The position numbers were made by a program, and so were the translations under genes. 64,000 nucleotides of DNA from Solirubrobacteraceae bacterium. Its GTDB lineage: Bacteria > Actinomycetota > Thermoleophilia > Solirubrobacterales > Solirubrobacteraceae. Where the stretch lies: NCBI GenBank assembly GCA_035483595.1, contig DATHPU010000008.1, forward strand, positions 7,762-71,761. Reading direction: 5' to 3'. The notes under the pieces were generated by a model that had not been told where the DNA came from, made no database searches, and saw only the letters and a program-made list of their open reading frames with translations. Positions within the stretch are counted from its first letter, which is position 1. Each line of letters begins with the position of its first letter. Positions 14,136 to 22,979 of this stretch are shown here, piece by piece.

Positions 14136-14927
14136 TTGATGGTCGCCCGCGCTCGCCTCCTGAAGGTGCGCGTCCTGCCGCACGGCTGGCTGGACGTGCT
14201 CCGCCAGGTATCACTCTTCGGTGCCGCCTACCTCGCCTACCGGCTGGTGCGGGGGTTGGTCGAGGGAGACGCTAACGCGGCCTTTGCGCATGCCCGCGAC
14301 CTGATCGCGCTGGAGCGCACGATGCACGTGTTCGTCGAGCCGTCCGTGCAGGCGTGGGCATCGGGCAGCCACTTCCTGATGGTCGTGTCCAGCTGGCTGT
14401 ACGTGAACGCGCAGACGAGCGTGACGGTCGCGGCGCTGGTGTATCTGTACGTGCGCCACAACCGCAACTTCTACTTCGTGCGCAACATGTTCATGGTCGC
14501 GATGGCGATCGCGCTCGCCGGCTACGCGGCGTTCCCCACGGCGCCGCCGCGCTTCATGCCCGAGTGGGGCTTCATCGACAGCGTGTCGAACTTCACCGGG
14601 GTGCACGTGGACGCGCACAGCGCCTCCATCAACGCCCTGACCAACCTGTACGCGGCGGTGCCCTCGATGCACGTGGCGTTCGCGCTGATGATCGGCTGGA
14701 CGCTCGCGCGCCTGGTGCGCTGGCGGGTGGTGCGAGTCATGTGGCTGCTGTATCCGTTCCTGATGACGTTCGTGATCGTGGTCACCGCCAACCACTTCAT
14801 CGTCGACGCGATGCTCGGCGCGCTGACCGCCGCAGCGTCCGCGTACGCGGCCAGCTGGATGGCGCGCGCGCGTCCGCACGCGTGGCGCTTCTCGGCCGTG
14901 TCCCCCCAGCTGAGCGCGAGCGGGTAG
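14136..14927 (+). CDS. PAP2/Aur1 (inositol phosphorylceramide synthase-like) membrane phosphotransferase
   Basis: PTAPPRF, AAVPSMHVAF, VTANHFIVD motifs of the PAP2_3/Aur1-like family. Confidence 0.85.
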   Translation: MMVARARLLKVRVLPHGWLDVLRQVSLFGAAYLAYRLVRGLVEGDANAAFAHARDLIALERTMHVFVEPSVQAWASGSHFLMVVSSWLYVNAQTSVTVAALVYLYVRHNRNFYFVRNMFMVAMAIALAGYAAFPTAPPRFMPEWGFIDSVSNFTGVHVDAHSASINALTNLYAAVPSMHVAFALMIGWTLARLVRWRVVRVMWLLYPFLMTFVIVVTANHFIVDAMLGALTAAASAYAASWMARARPHAWRFSAVSPQLSASG

Positions 14928-14940
14928 CGCGGCCGCGACG

Positions 14941-15609
14941 ATGGCACAGCCCAGGCAGCACACCCCCACGCGCCGCACGCGGCGCGGCGCGAACCGCCCC
15001 CGGCGTGCGCGTGCGCGCGCACCGATCGGCTCGGGGGAGCGCCGCGAGCTGGTGCGCAACCGGCTGATCGAGTCGCGGCTGACCCCCAACGCGATCTCGC
15101 TGACGGGCTTCGTCGGCAACGTGGTGGCCGCGGTGCTCGTCTGGGAGCGCCTGTTCTTCCTCGGCGGCGTCGCGTTCATCCTCGGCTCGGTCATGGACAC
15201 GCTCGACGGCCGCTACTCGCGCATGTCGGGCAAGGGCACGCCGTTCGGAGCGTTCCTGGACTCGACGCTCGACCGCATCGAGGAGGGGATCGTGCTTACG
15301 GCGGTCGCTGGCTACTTCGCGCTGCACGGCAACCGCGTGGCGGCGGCGGCCGTAGTGGTCGCGGTGCTCGCCTCGCTGATGGTCAGCTACACCCGCGCGC
15401 GCGCCGAGGCGCTGGGCGTGGAGTGCAAGGTGGGCATCGCCACACGGCCCGTGCGCGTCGTGATCCTCGCGATCGGACTGATCTTCGCCCGCGGCGCCTC
15501 GCTCGGCAACTTCGAGCTGCTGCAGCCGGCCGTGTACGTGCTGGCCGGACTCAGCGTGGTGACCGTCATGCAGCGCATCTGGCACGTGCGCCGCGAGCTT
15601 TCTGTGTGA
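14941..15609 (+). CDS. CDP-alcohol phosphatidyltransferase, probable phosphatidylinositol-phosphate synthase
   Basis: TPNAIS, DTLDGRYSR...GAFLDSTLDRIEE signature; adjacent to ino1. Confidence 0.9.
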   Translation: MAQPRQHTPTRRTRRGANRPRRARARAPIGSGERRELVRNRLIESRLTPNAISLTGFVGNVVAAVLVWERLFFLGGVAFILGSVMDTLDGRYSRMSGKGTPFGAFLDSTLDRIEEGIVLTAVAGYFALHGNRVAAAAVVVAVLASLMVSYTRARAEALGVECKVGIATRPVRVVILAIGLIFARGASLGNFELLQPAVYVLAGLSVVTVMQRIWHVRRELSV

Positions 15610-15640
15610 CCTTCCCGACCCTGCGGAGTAGTCTCCTGCC

Positions 15641-16849
15641 GTGACCAACGACAACAAGAACGGCCGCGCCCACAGCAACGGCGCCGCCTCACAAAACGGC
15701 GCATCGCGCTACGAGAAAGACAAGGTCCGGGTGGCGATCGTCGGCGTCGGCAACTGCGCCTCGTCGTTCGTGCAGGGCATCCACTACTACCGCGACGCCG
15801 ACCCCGCCCAGCGGGTGCCGGGCCTGATGCACGTGGACCTCGGCGGCTACCACGTGCGCGACGTCGAGTTCACGGCGGCGTTCGACATCGACGCCGACAA
15901 GGTGGGCAAGGATCTGGGCGTTGCGATCTGGGCAGGCCAGAACAACACGATCAAGTTCGCCAAGGGCGCGCACGCAGTGCCGAAGAAGCTCGGCGTGCCG
16001 GTGTACCGCGGCATGACCCACGACGGCCTCGGCAAGTACCTCAAAGAGAAGATCACCAAGGCTCCCGGCGAGACCGCCGACATCGTGAAGATCCTCAAGG
16101 ACACGCACACGGACGTGGTCGTCTCCTACCTCCCGGTCGGCTCCGAGCAGGCGACCAAGTGGTACGTCGAGCAGGTGCTGGAGGCGGGCTGCGGCTTCGT
16201 CAACTGCATCCCCGTGTTCATCGCGCGCGAGGACTACTGGGACAAGCGCTTCAAAAAGGCGGGCCTGCCGATAGTCGGCGACGACATCAAGTCGCAGGTG
16301 GGCGCCACGATCGTGCACCGCACGCTCGCGCGCCTGTTCGCCGAGCGCGGCGTGGAGATCGAGCGCACGTCGCAGCTGAACGTGGGCGGCAACATGGACT
16401 TCTACAACATGCTCGAGCGCGAGCGGCTGGAGTCGAAGAAGATCTCCAAGACCAACGCCGTGACCTCGATCATGGACCACCAGCTGCCGGCCAGCGACAT
16501 CCATGTGGGTCCCTCCGACTACGTGCCGTGGCTGACCGACCGCAAGTGGGCGCACATCCGCGTCGAGGGCCAGGCGTTCGGCGACGTGCCGCTGAACCTG
16601 GAGCTGAAGCTCGAGGTGTGGGACTCGCCGAACTCGGCGGGCATCGTGATCGACGCGGTGCGCTGCTGCAAGCTCGCGCTCAACCACGGCGTCAGCGGCC
16701 AGCTGGACGGGCCGTCGTCGTACCTGATGAAGTCGCCGCACAACCAGCGCCCCGACGAGCAGGCGCGCCAGGACACGGAGGCGTTCATCGCCAAGTACAC
16801 GGGGCATCCCCGCCCCAAGCCGCGGAAGGTGGCGCAGCGCACGAGATAA
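15641..16849 (+). CDS. ino1: Inositol-3-phosphate synthase
   Basis: [47 protein letters not shown]. Confidence 0.95.
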   Translation: MTNDNKNGRAHSNGAASQNGASRYEKDKVRVAIVGVGNCASSFVQGIHYYRDADPAQRVPGLMHVDLGGYHVRDVEFTAAFDIDADKVGKDLGVAIWAGQNNTIKFAKGAHAVPKKLGVPVYRGMTHDGLGKYLKEKITKAPGETADIVKILKDTHTDVVVSYLPVGSEQATKWYVEQVLEAGCGFVNCIPVFIAREDYWDKRFKKAGLPIVGDDIKSQVGATIVHRTLARLFAERGVEIERTSQLNVGGNMDFYNMLERERLESKKISKTNAVTSIMDHQLPASDIHVGPSDYVPWLTDRKWAHIRVEGQAFGDVPLNLELKLEVWDSPNSAGIVIDAVRCCKLALNHGVSGQLDGPSSYLMKSPHNQRPDEQARQDTEAFIAKYTGHPRPKPRKVAQRTR

Positions 16850-16857
16850 TCGCCGCG

Positions 16858-18342
16858 ATGGCCGACTCGTTCTCACCCCGTCCGGGGCACTTCGCTATAG
16901 CCCACGTCACGCCATACCCGTGGGAGGCGGAGGACAACGAGGTCAACGCGCACGTCGGACGCGTCGCGAGCGAGCTCTCGCGGCGCGGCCACCGCGTCTT
17001 GGTGCTCGCGCCGTCGCGCTCGCAGGAGCGGGTGCGCGACTCGCGCCGCGCGCTGCGCGCCGCGAAGAGCGCGCCGGGCGGGATGTCCTCGCTGCTGGAC
17101 GGAACCGACGGCGGCACGCCGCGCGTGATCGCGGTCGGCGAGGTGCTCGACCTGCGCGCGCCCGGTCGCAGCGAGGACGCGCGACGGCGGCCGTCGGCGC
17201 TGCCGATCGACGTGGCGCGCACGGTGGAGGAACTGCTGAGCACGGTCGCGCTCGACTTCGTGCACGTGCACGAGCCGTTCGCGCCGAGCACCTCCAACGC
17301 GGCGCTGCGCCACTCGCGCGCGCTGAACGTCGGCTCGTTCCACTCATCCAGCGAGCGGCTGCTCTCGACGCTCGTGGCGCGCCGCTTCGTCGAGAGCTTC
17401 TTTGGTCGCCTGGACGCGCGCACCGCGAGCCTGCCGGCGACCGCCGAGCTGATGGCCCACCACTTCCCCGCCGACTACGCCCTGGTGCGCGACGAGGACG
17501 GCGCGGCGGAGCAGCTGGAGTCGATCTACCGCGCGCTCGCCGCGCGGCGGCACTCGGCGCGGGGAGACGCGGAGCTGTCGCGGCAGCTGTCCTCGCGGCC
17601 GCTGATCGAGGTCGACCTGCACATGCACACCGATCACTCCTACGACTGCGCCACGCCCGTCGAGGTGCTGCTGGCGAGCGCGCGCGAGCAGGGGCTGGGC
17701 GCGATCGCGGTGACCGACCACAACGAGATCTCCGGCGCCCTGGAGGCGTACGCCCAAGCCACAGGATCGGGCCCCAACCCCCCCGTCAAGGTGATCGTCG
17801 GCGAGGAGGTCAAGACGGCCAGCGAAGGCGAGGTCATCGGCCTGTTCATCAAGGAGAAGATCCCGCGCGGGTTGAGCCTGCGCGAGACGATCGCCGAGAT
17901 CAAGCGCCAGGGCGGCGTCGTGTACGTGCCGCACCCGTTCGACCGCATGCACTCGGTGCCCGACTACGAGCACCTGCTCGATGTGCTCGACGAGGTCGAC
18001 GCGATCGAGGTGTTCAACCCGCGCGTGGCGATCAGCTCGTTCAACGACGAGGCCGCCCGCTTCGCCGCCAAGTACCGCATCCCGGCGGGCGCCGGCTCGG
18101 ACTCCCACGTGGCGCAGGGCCTCGGCTCGGTGCGGATTCGAATGCGCGACTTCGACGGTCCGGCGGAGTTCCTGCAGTCCCTGCGCGATGCCGAGATCCT
18201 CACGCGCCCCTCGTCGCTGCTGTACGTGCAGGCGCTGAAGTTCCTGCAGACGCGCGCCACGCCGCGCTCGGCGCGACGGGCCAGCAAGGCGCGGCGCCTG
18301 AGGCGATTGAACCGCGCGCACGGCGGTGGCGGCCGCAGGTAG
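16858..18342 (+). CDS. Fusion of a GT4 (PimA-like) N-terminal domain and a PHP phosphoesterase domain
   Basis: VTPYPW, HVHEPFAPS..GSFHSS (PimA-like); then DLHMHTDHSYD, VTDHNE, GEEV, PHPFD, GSDSH (PHP). Confidence 0.82.
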   Translation: MADSFSPRPGHFAIAHVTPYPWEAEDNEVNAHVGRVASELSRRGHRVLVLAPSRSQERVRDSRRALRAAKSAPGGMSSLLDGTDGGTPRVIAVGEVLDLRAPGRSEDARRRPSALPIDVARTVEELLSTVALDFVHVHEPFAPSTSNAALRHSRALNVGSFHSSSERLLSTLVARRFVESFFGRLDARTASLPATAELMAHHFPADYALVRDEDGAAEQLESIYRALAARRHSARGDAELSRQLSSRPLIEVDLHMHTDHSYDCATPVEVLLASAREQGLGAIAVTDHNEISGALEAYAQATGSGPNPPVKVIVGEEVKTASEGEVIGLFIKEKIPRGLSLRETIAEIKRQGGVVYVPHPFDRMHSVPDYEHLLDVLDEVDAIEVFNPRVAISSFNDEAARFAAKYRIPAGAGSDSHVAQGLGSVRIRMRDFDGPAEFLQSLRDAEILTRPSSLLYVQALKFLQTRATPRSARRASKARRLRRLNRAHGGGGRR

Positions 18343-18437
18343 GCGACGTCTCCCGCCGACGGCGACACGCGGCGAAAGCGCAAGTACTGATGCACCGTCA
18401 AGGACAAGACGACGCCCCGTCAAATCCCTCGGGGTCG

Positions 18438-19043
18438 ATGCCTGTGACCGATGACGAGATCCGCGAGAAGTACCTCGAGCGCGCCATCCGCGAGCTGAAC
18501 ACGCTCACGCGCGAGCTGCAGTCGTGCCCGCACTGCCCGCGCGGCAACCTGATGCCGGTGCTCGGCTCGGGCCATCCGCAGGCGGACATCATGCTGCTGA
18601 AGCACTCCGCGCTGCCCTCCGAGATCGAGGAGGGAGTGGCGTTCTACGGGCGCGCGGGCGGCGCGCTGATGAAGTCGCTCAAGCGGCTGTCGATCGACCC
18701 GCTGACGGTGTACGGGACGCTGTGCGTGAAGTGCCCGCTGAGCGACGCGTCGCTGGCAGACTTCGCGTGCGTGTCGCGCGTGGTCGAGGAGATCGCGATC
18801 GTGCAGCCGAAGATCGTGGTGGTGATGGGCGCCGAGGCGCTTGCCGCGCTCGGCGACATGGACCTCCCGCTGGCGCGGCCGCTGCGCGATGCGGTCGGCG
18901 AGGTCCAGCAGCTGACGCCGACGATCGACGTGCTGTACGTGCCGAGCATCGACGACTCGCTCGACGAGCAGGACGCCAAGCGCGACTTCTGGGCGGCGTT
19001 CCGCGTGCTCGGCGATTGGTACGCGGCGCAGCCGCCGTACTGA
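18438..19043 (+). CDS. Uracil-DNA glycosylase family 4-like protein, divergent
   Basis: CPHC, GSGHPQAD, FYGRAGGAL, VKC, PKIVVVMG; start could be 18389-18444. Confidence 0.8.
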   Translation: MPVTDDEIREKYLERAIRELNTLTRELQSCPHCPRGNLMPVLGSGHPQADIMLLKHSALPSEIEEGVAFYGRAGGALMKSLKRLSIDPLTVYGTLCVKCPLSDASLADFACVSRVVEEIAIVQPKIVVVMGAEALAALGDMDLPLARPLRDAVGEVQQLTPTIDVLYVPSIDDSLDEQDAKRDFWAAFRVLGDWYAAQPPY

Positions 19044-19323
19044 TCGTGTTGCGCAGATCGGCGACCTCCTGCATGACCGAGCGAGCCTCCTCTGAGAACA
19101 GGCCCAGCCCAGCAAGCTGCTCAGACGCCGCAGTCTTGCGGTCGGCCGGGATCGCGCCCAGGTCCTGAGCAAGGCGCGCGAACGCCGCCGGGTCGAAGTC
19201 GGGCGGGAACGCAGAAACCGCGGTCTCCAGCTGATCCATGGTGCGCGCCAGCTGCAGCAGCGCCTGCTCGACCGTTCTGCGACGTGCCTCCACCGAGATC
19301 GGCGGACGCGAGGAATCGCTCAT
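19044..19323 (-). pseudogene. Truncated HEPN/DUF86-like toxin
   Basis: Coupled (ATGA) to the MNT gene; ...VADLRNTI then runs into the antisense of the UDG gene, so the RxxxxH His is missing. Confidence 0.55.
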
Positions 19324-19916
19324 CGAGCGCCGGCAGCAGGTGGCTGGGCACGCTCGGCGGCGAGACGCTGGAAGTATCCGACTGCGGCGCGCGCCTGCTC
19401 GTGCAGCTTGAGGTCGGCACGGTCGGCCTGCGCCCGCGTCCGCGCCCTCTGCGTCCACAAGCCCGGCCAGATCTCCCCGCGATCCACCAGAGGCCTCCCA
19501 TCCCTCAGGATCTCTGACAGCAGGCCGGGATCGCGCAGCGCGGCTTTCAGCGGTATCAGCTCGATGGTCGCGTGCAGCTGCTCCTCGAGGCGCTGGCGCA
19601 GCGCCTCGAGCGCCCCTGGCGCAGGGCGTCGCAGGTCGATAAGCAGGTCGACGTCGGATACGCCCTGCACATCCGTACCCCGCGCCACGGAGCCGAACAA
19701 CACGGCGAGCTCGACGTTGGGCTCGGTCCTAAGAGCCGCAAGCAGTCGACTGACGACCGGCCAGCGAGAGCGGACCCAGGCCATCTCCTGCTCTGACAAC
19801 GACAGCCGGCGCGAACTTGGCCGATGCGCCCTGATCAAGCCGCCGGCTGTCGCTCGGCGGAGCGTGCGCTCATGAACGCCGACTTCGCCTGCGAGCTGCT
19901 CCAGCAGCAGGCTCAT
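19320..19916 (-). CDS. Minimal nucleotidyltransferase (MNT antitoxin-like) with N-terminal HTH
   Basis: LFGSVARG...SDVDLLID; N-terminal LAGEVGVHERTLRR. Confidence 0.82.
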   Translation of the reverse strand: MSLLLEQLAGEVGVHERTLRRATAGGLIRAHRPSSRRLSLSEQEMAWVRSRWPVVSRLLAALRTEPNVELAVLFGSVARGTDVQGVSDVDLLIDLRRPAPGALEALRQRLEEQLHATIELIPLKAALRDPGLLSEILRDGRPLVDRGEIWPGLWTQRARTRAQADRADLKLHEQARAAVGYFQRLAAERAQPPAAGAR

Positions 19917-19943
19917 GCGTCCAATCTAGCACCGTGTGTCCGA

Positions 19944-20882
19944 TCACGCCACGAGCACGATCTTGCCGAGCTTGCCGCCCGCCGCGAAGTGCTCGTACGC
20001 GGCGGCCGCCTGCTCCAGCGGGAACGTCTCCGCGATCGGCACTTTCAGCGCCCCGGACTCGAACAGCGGCAGCACCTCGTGCTCGAGCCGGCGCGCGACG
20101 AGCGCTTTCTCCTCGAGCGAGCGCGCGCGCAGCGTCGAGCCGTGGATGCGGGCGCGCTTGCCCATCAGCGCCAGCAGGTTGAGCTCGGCCTTGGCGCCGG
20201 CAGACACGCCGATGATCGCGATCCGCCCGCCCATGGCGAGCGCCTGCATGTTCTCTCCCAGATTGGGGGCGCCGACCAGCTCGAGGACCACGTCGAACGG
20301 GCCGCGCTCGGCGAAGGCCTCGGGCGGGATCGCCTCGGCGCCGAACGCCGCAACCTGCTCACGCAGCTCCTCGCGGCGCACGGTCGCGGTCACGCGCGCA
20401 CCCGCCGCCTGCGCGATCTGAATCGCGGCGGTGCCCACCCCGCCGGCGCCGCCGTGCACGAGCAGATGCTCGCCGGGACGCAGCTCGGCCTGGGTGAAGA
20501 GCGCGTCGTGCGCTGTGGCGAACACCTCCGGCAACCCGCCCGCGGCGGGCCAGTCGAGCGCGGCGGGAACGGGCATCAGCTGGCGCTCGTGCACCGTCGC
20601 GAGCTCCGCCTGCGCGCCGCCCCCGACGATCGCCATCACGCGGTCGCCGACCTCGAAGCGTTCGCATCCTTCTCCCAGCGCCGCGACCTCACCGGCGAGC
20701 TCCATGCCGGGGATGTCCTGCGGCGAGCCGGGCGGCGCCGGGTACAGGCCGCGCCGCTGCATCATGTCGGCGCCGTTCAGGCCGGCTGCGCGCACGCGCA
20801 CGAGCGCCTCGCCGAACCGCGCCACCGGGTCGGGGTGCTCCTGGATCACTATCTCGTGGTCGCGGATGGTGGCGGCGCGCAT
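19944..20882 (-). CDS. NAD(P)H:quinone oxidoreductase (MDR family)
   Basis: AAGLNGAD, PGMELAG, HGGAGGVGTAAIQ, GKIVL. Confidence 0.9.
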   Translation of the reverse strand: MRAATIRDHEIVIQEHPDPVARFGEALVRVRAAGLNGADMMQRRGLYPAPPGSPQDIPGMELAGEVAALGEGCERFEVGDRVMAIVGGGAQAELATVHERQLMPVPAALDWPAAGGLPEVFATAHDALFTQAELRPGEHLLVHGGAGGVGTAAIQIAQAAGARVTATVRREELREQVAAFGAEAIPPEAFAERGPFDVVLELVGAPNLGENMQALAMGGRIAIIGVSAGAKAELNLLALMGKRARIHGSTLRARSLEEKALVARRLEHEVLPLFESGALKVPIAETFPLEQAAAAYEHFAAGGKLGKIVLVA

Positions 20883-20979
20883 CGGCCAAGCCTACCTTCA
20901 GACCACCGCGCGGGGTTCAGCTCGACGAGTCGGCCACCGATACGAAAGCCATGGCAGCCGATCGGCGGGACGATGGCGC

Positions 20980-21618
20980 GAGCGCGCATGGCACCTCTCG
21001 ACGGGCAATGGCGGCGCGACGGCCTCCGCTTCGTGTGTACCAACGACGCCGCCACTCGAAAGCGTCCCGTTGGGCACCATCGCGGACCTGCGTGCGGAAC
21101 TGCGCACGGTGATGGCGCCGCTGGCCCGCAACCCCTACGCCTGGGGCATCGTCTCGCCCGACGGCGCGTGGTTCGACAACACGCCGTTGAACCTCCACGC
21201 GAGCCAGCTAACCGACCAACGGTGGCCCGCCAGCTATGAGATACGCAGCTGGACCCCCGACCCGCAGCTGGACCCACGCCAAGACGACGTCGCTGCCGAC
21301 GTCTTCATGTTCGCAAGCCCAGGGCAGGCTCGCCGCTTCTTCACGGAGGCGAGTGGCGCCCGCTGCCATCGCGATGGCGTTGAACGACCCACTTCGCGAC
21401 CGCCGCAGGGACGTGACCTGGCCTGGGTGAACCCCGACGGTGTCGCCCAGGACGACGTCTTCCTCCTACGAGGTAGACGTGTGTACCGCGTCACCGTCGT
21501 GCGACCCCAGGTGCGGATGACGACAGCCCCGGAGCGCCAGGCAGGCACCGCGCTCGCCAACGGGCTCGCGTGCGCTCTCCCGAACGCGGGCTGCCGGCAC
21601 GGCCCCCGGACTACGTGA
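20980..21618 (+). CDS. Hypothetical protein, probably 5'-truncated (start unclear)
   Basis: Protein-like distal part of ORF 20431..21618 (NPYAWGIVSPDGAWFDN...LACALPNAGC); no convincing start codon. Confidence 0.4.
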   Translation, partial: ERAWHLSTGNGGATASASCVPTTPPLESVPLGTIADLRAELRTVMAPLARNPYAWGIVSPDGAWFDNTPLNLHASQLTDQRWPASYEIRSWTPDPQLDPRQDDVAADVFMFASPGQARRFFTEASGARCHRDGVERPTSRPPQGRDLAWVNPDGVAQDDVFLLRGRRVYRVTVVRPQVRMTTAPERQAGTALANGLACALPNAGCRHGPRTT

Positions 21619-21671
21619 TCTACAACTAAGCACCAGAAGGTAGTGCACGGCGCGGACCGCAAACCGGCGTG

Positions 21672-22085
21672 CTATGCCGCGGCACCCGCCTGGGGCGAGG
21701 TGCAGAACGCGCACCTGCGGGCCTGGCTGGGGATCTCGCTGAGGCACTCGCTGCACGGCCTGGTCTCGGACTCGTCGTCGAGGCCGCGCTGGCGGCGCGC
21801 CGTCAGCGCGTTGATGGGCTTGACCACGAAGAAGAACACGGCCGCGGCGATCGAGACGAACGCGACCAGCGAGTTGATGAAGTTGCCGTAGTAGAAGGTG
21901 CTGTTGTTGATCGTGAACGCCAGCGTCGAGAAGTCCGGCTTGCCGATGATCGCAGCCACGATCGGCGTCAGCAGGTCGCGCACGAGCGCGGTCACGACCG
22001 CTCCGAACGCGGCGCCGATCACGATGCCGACGGCTAGGTCTACGACGTTGCCTCGCAGCAGGAACGCCTTGAACTCCTTGGCCAT
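21672..22085 (-). CDS. mscL: Large-conductance mechanosensitive channel with C-terminal CxxC..CxxC
   Basis: MAKEFKAFLLRGNVVDLAVGIVIGAAFG; RBS AGGAGG. Confidence 0.93.
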   Translation of the reverse strand: MAKEFKAFLLRGNVVDLAVGIVIGAAFGAVVTALVRDLLTPIVAAIIGKPDFSTLAFTINNSTFYYGNFINSLVAFVSIAAAVFFFVVKPINALTARRQRGLDDESETRPCSECLSEIPSQARRCAFCTSPQAGAAA

Positions 22086-22246
22086 CCCAGTCCTCCTGTC
22101 TCGGGTCTCCGGCCCGCGCATCTGCGCCGCACCGTCCGCCAGGGATCTTGTCAGCCGGCTATGACGTGCTTCTACGTGCACTCCTCCGGCAGCAGTAGGA
22201 GCGGGTGCATCGCGCAGGATGGCTCCAGCCCACAACCTCCGGGGTT

Positions 22247-22900
22247 TCAGGAGACCGGGATCGCATCCCCGATCACCGAACAGGTGCTGATCAGGCCTTT
22301 GAAGTCGGACACCTGCAGGCTGAACTGCTCGAGAGTCGGTTCGTCTATGAGAAAGCCGTGCAGATCCATGTGCTCGTCGTTCCCGATTCCGGTGCTGACC
22401 CCGGCTTCGATCAACCCGCCGTCGTTTTCTGTTTCGGCCGTTTCCCCCACCAGGCCGCGGGTTACGGTGTCGGCGTAGCTCCCGGGACCGCTGAACTTGA
22501 TGCGAGCCACTCCGGGTTCGCATTCCATCGACACTGTCCACGGCCCGATCGTCGCGATCGGCGCGAGGCTGACCGTCCCGCGCTGGCTCGCCACGATCCG
22601 CTGCGCGCCCGGGCCCTGCGGTCCGGCATGGCCTGGTTCGCCCTGGAGCCCAGGCGCCCCCGTGGAGCCCTGCGCTCCCTGTGCTCCGGCCGGCCCCTGC
22701 AATCCGTGGTGATGGGCGATGTACGTGGCGATCAGCTTGTTCACCTGCTTCGCGGTCACTGGCTTGGAAGCCGTGTGCCGGCTCGCCGAGGCCGTGCCCG
22801 CACGGGCGGCGGCGTAGCCGGTTCCGCCGAGCGAGGCGAACAGAGCGATGCATGCGACGATCAGAGCTGGCGACGGCCTGGTTTGCCAGAGGTTGCGCAT
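22247..22900 (-). CDS. Secreted collagen-like protein
   Basis: PSPALIVACIALFASLGGTGYAA signal; GLQGPAGAQGAQGSTGAPGLQGEPGHAGPQG. Confidence 0.78.
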   Translation of the reverse strand: MRNLWQTRPSPALIVACIALFASLGGTGYAAARAGTASASRHTASKPVTAKQVNKLIATYIAHHHGLQGPAGAQGAQGSTGAPGLQGEPGHAGPQGPGAQRIVASQRGTVSLAPIATIGPWTVSMECEPGVARIKFSGPGSYADTVTRGLVGETAETENDGGLIEAGVSTGIGNDEHMDLHGFLIDEPTLEQFSLQVSDFKGLISTCSVIGDAIPVS

Positions 22901-22951
22901 GTTCGTACCCCTTCTCTAGAGAACGCCGCCCGGTGGGCAGTTGGCCTCTGA

Positions 22952-22969
22952 CCGTACCGAGCGGTACGG
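22952..22969. terminator. GC hairpin downstream of rlmD
   Basis: CCGTACC-GAGC-GGTACGG; no U-tract. Confidence 0.35.
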
Positions 22970-22979
22970 CGTCCGCTTG

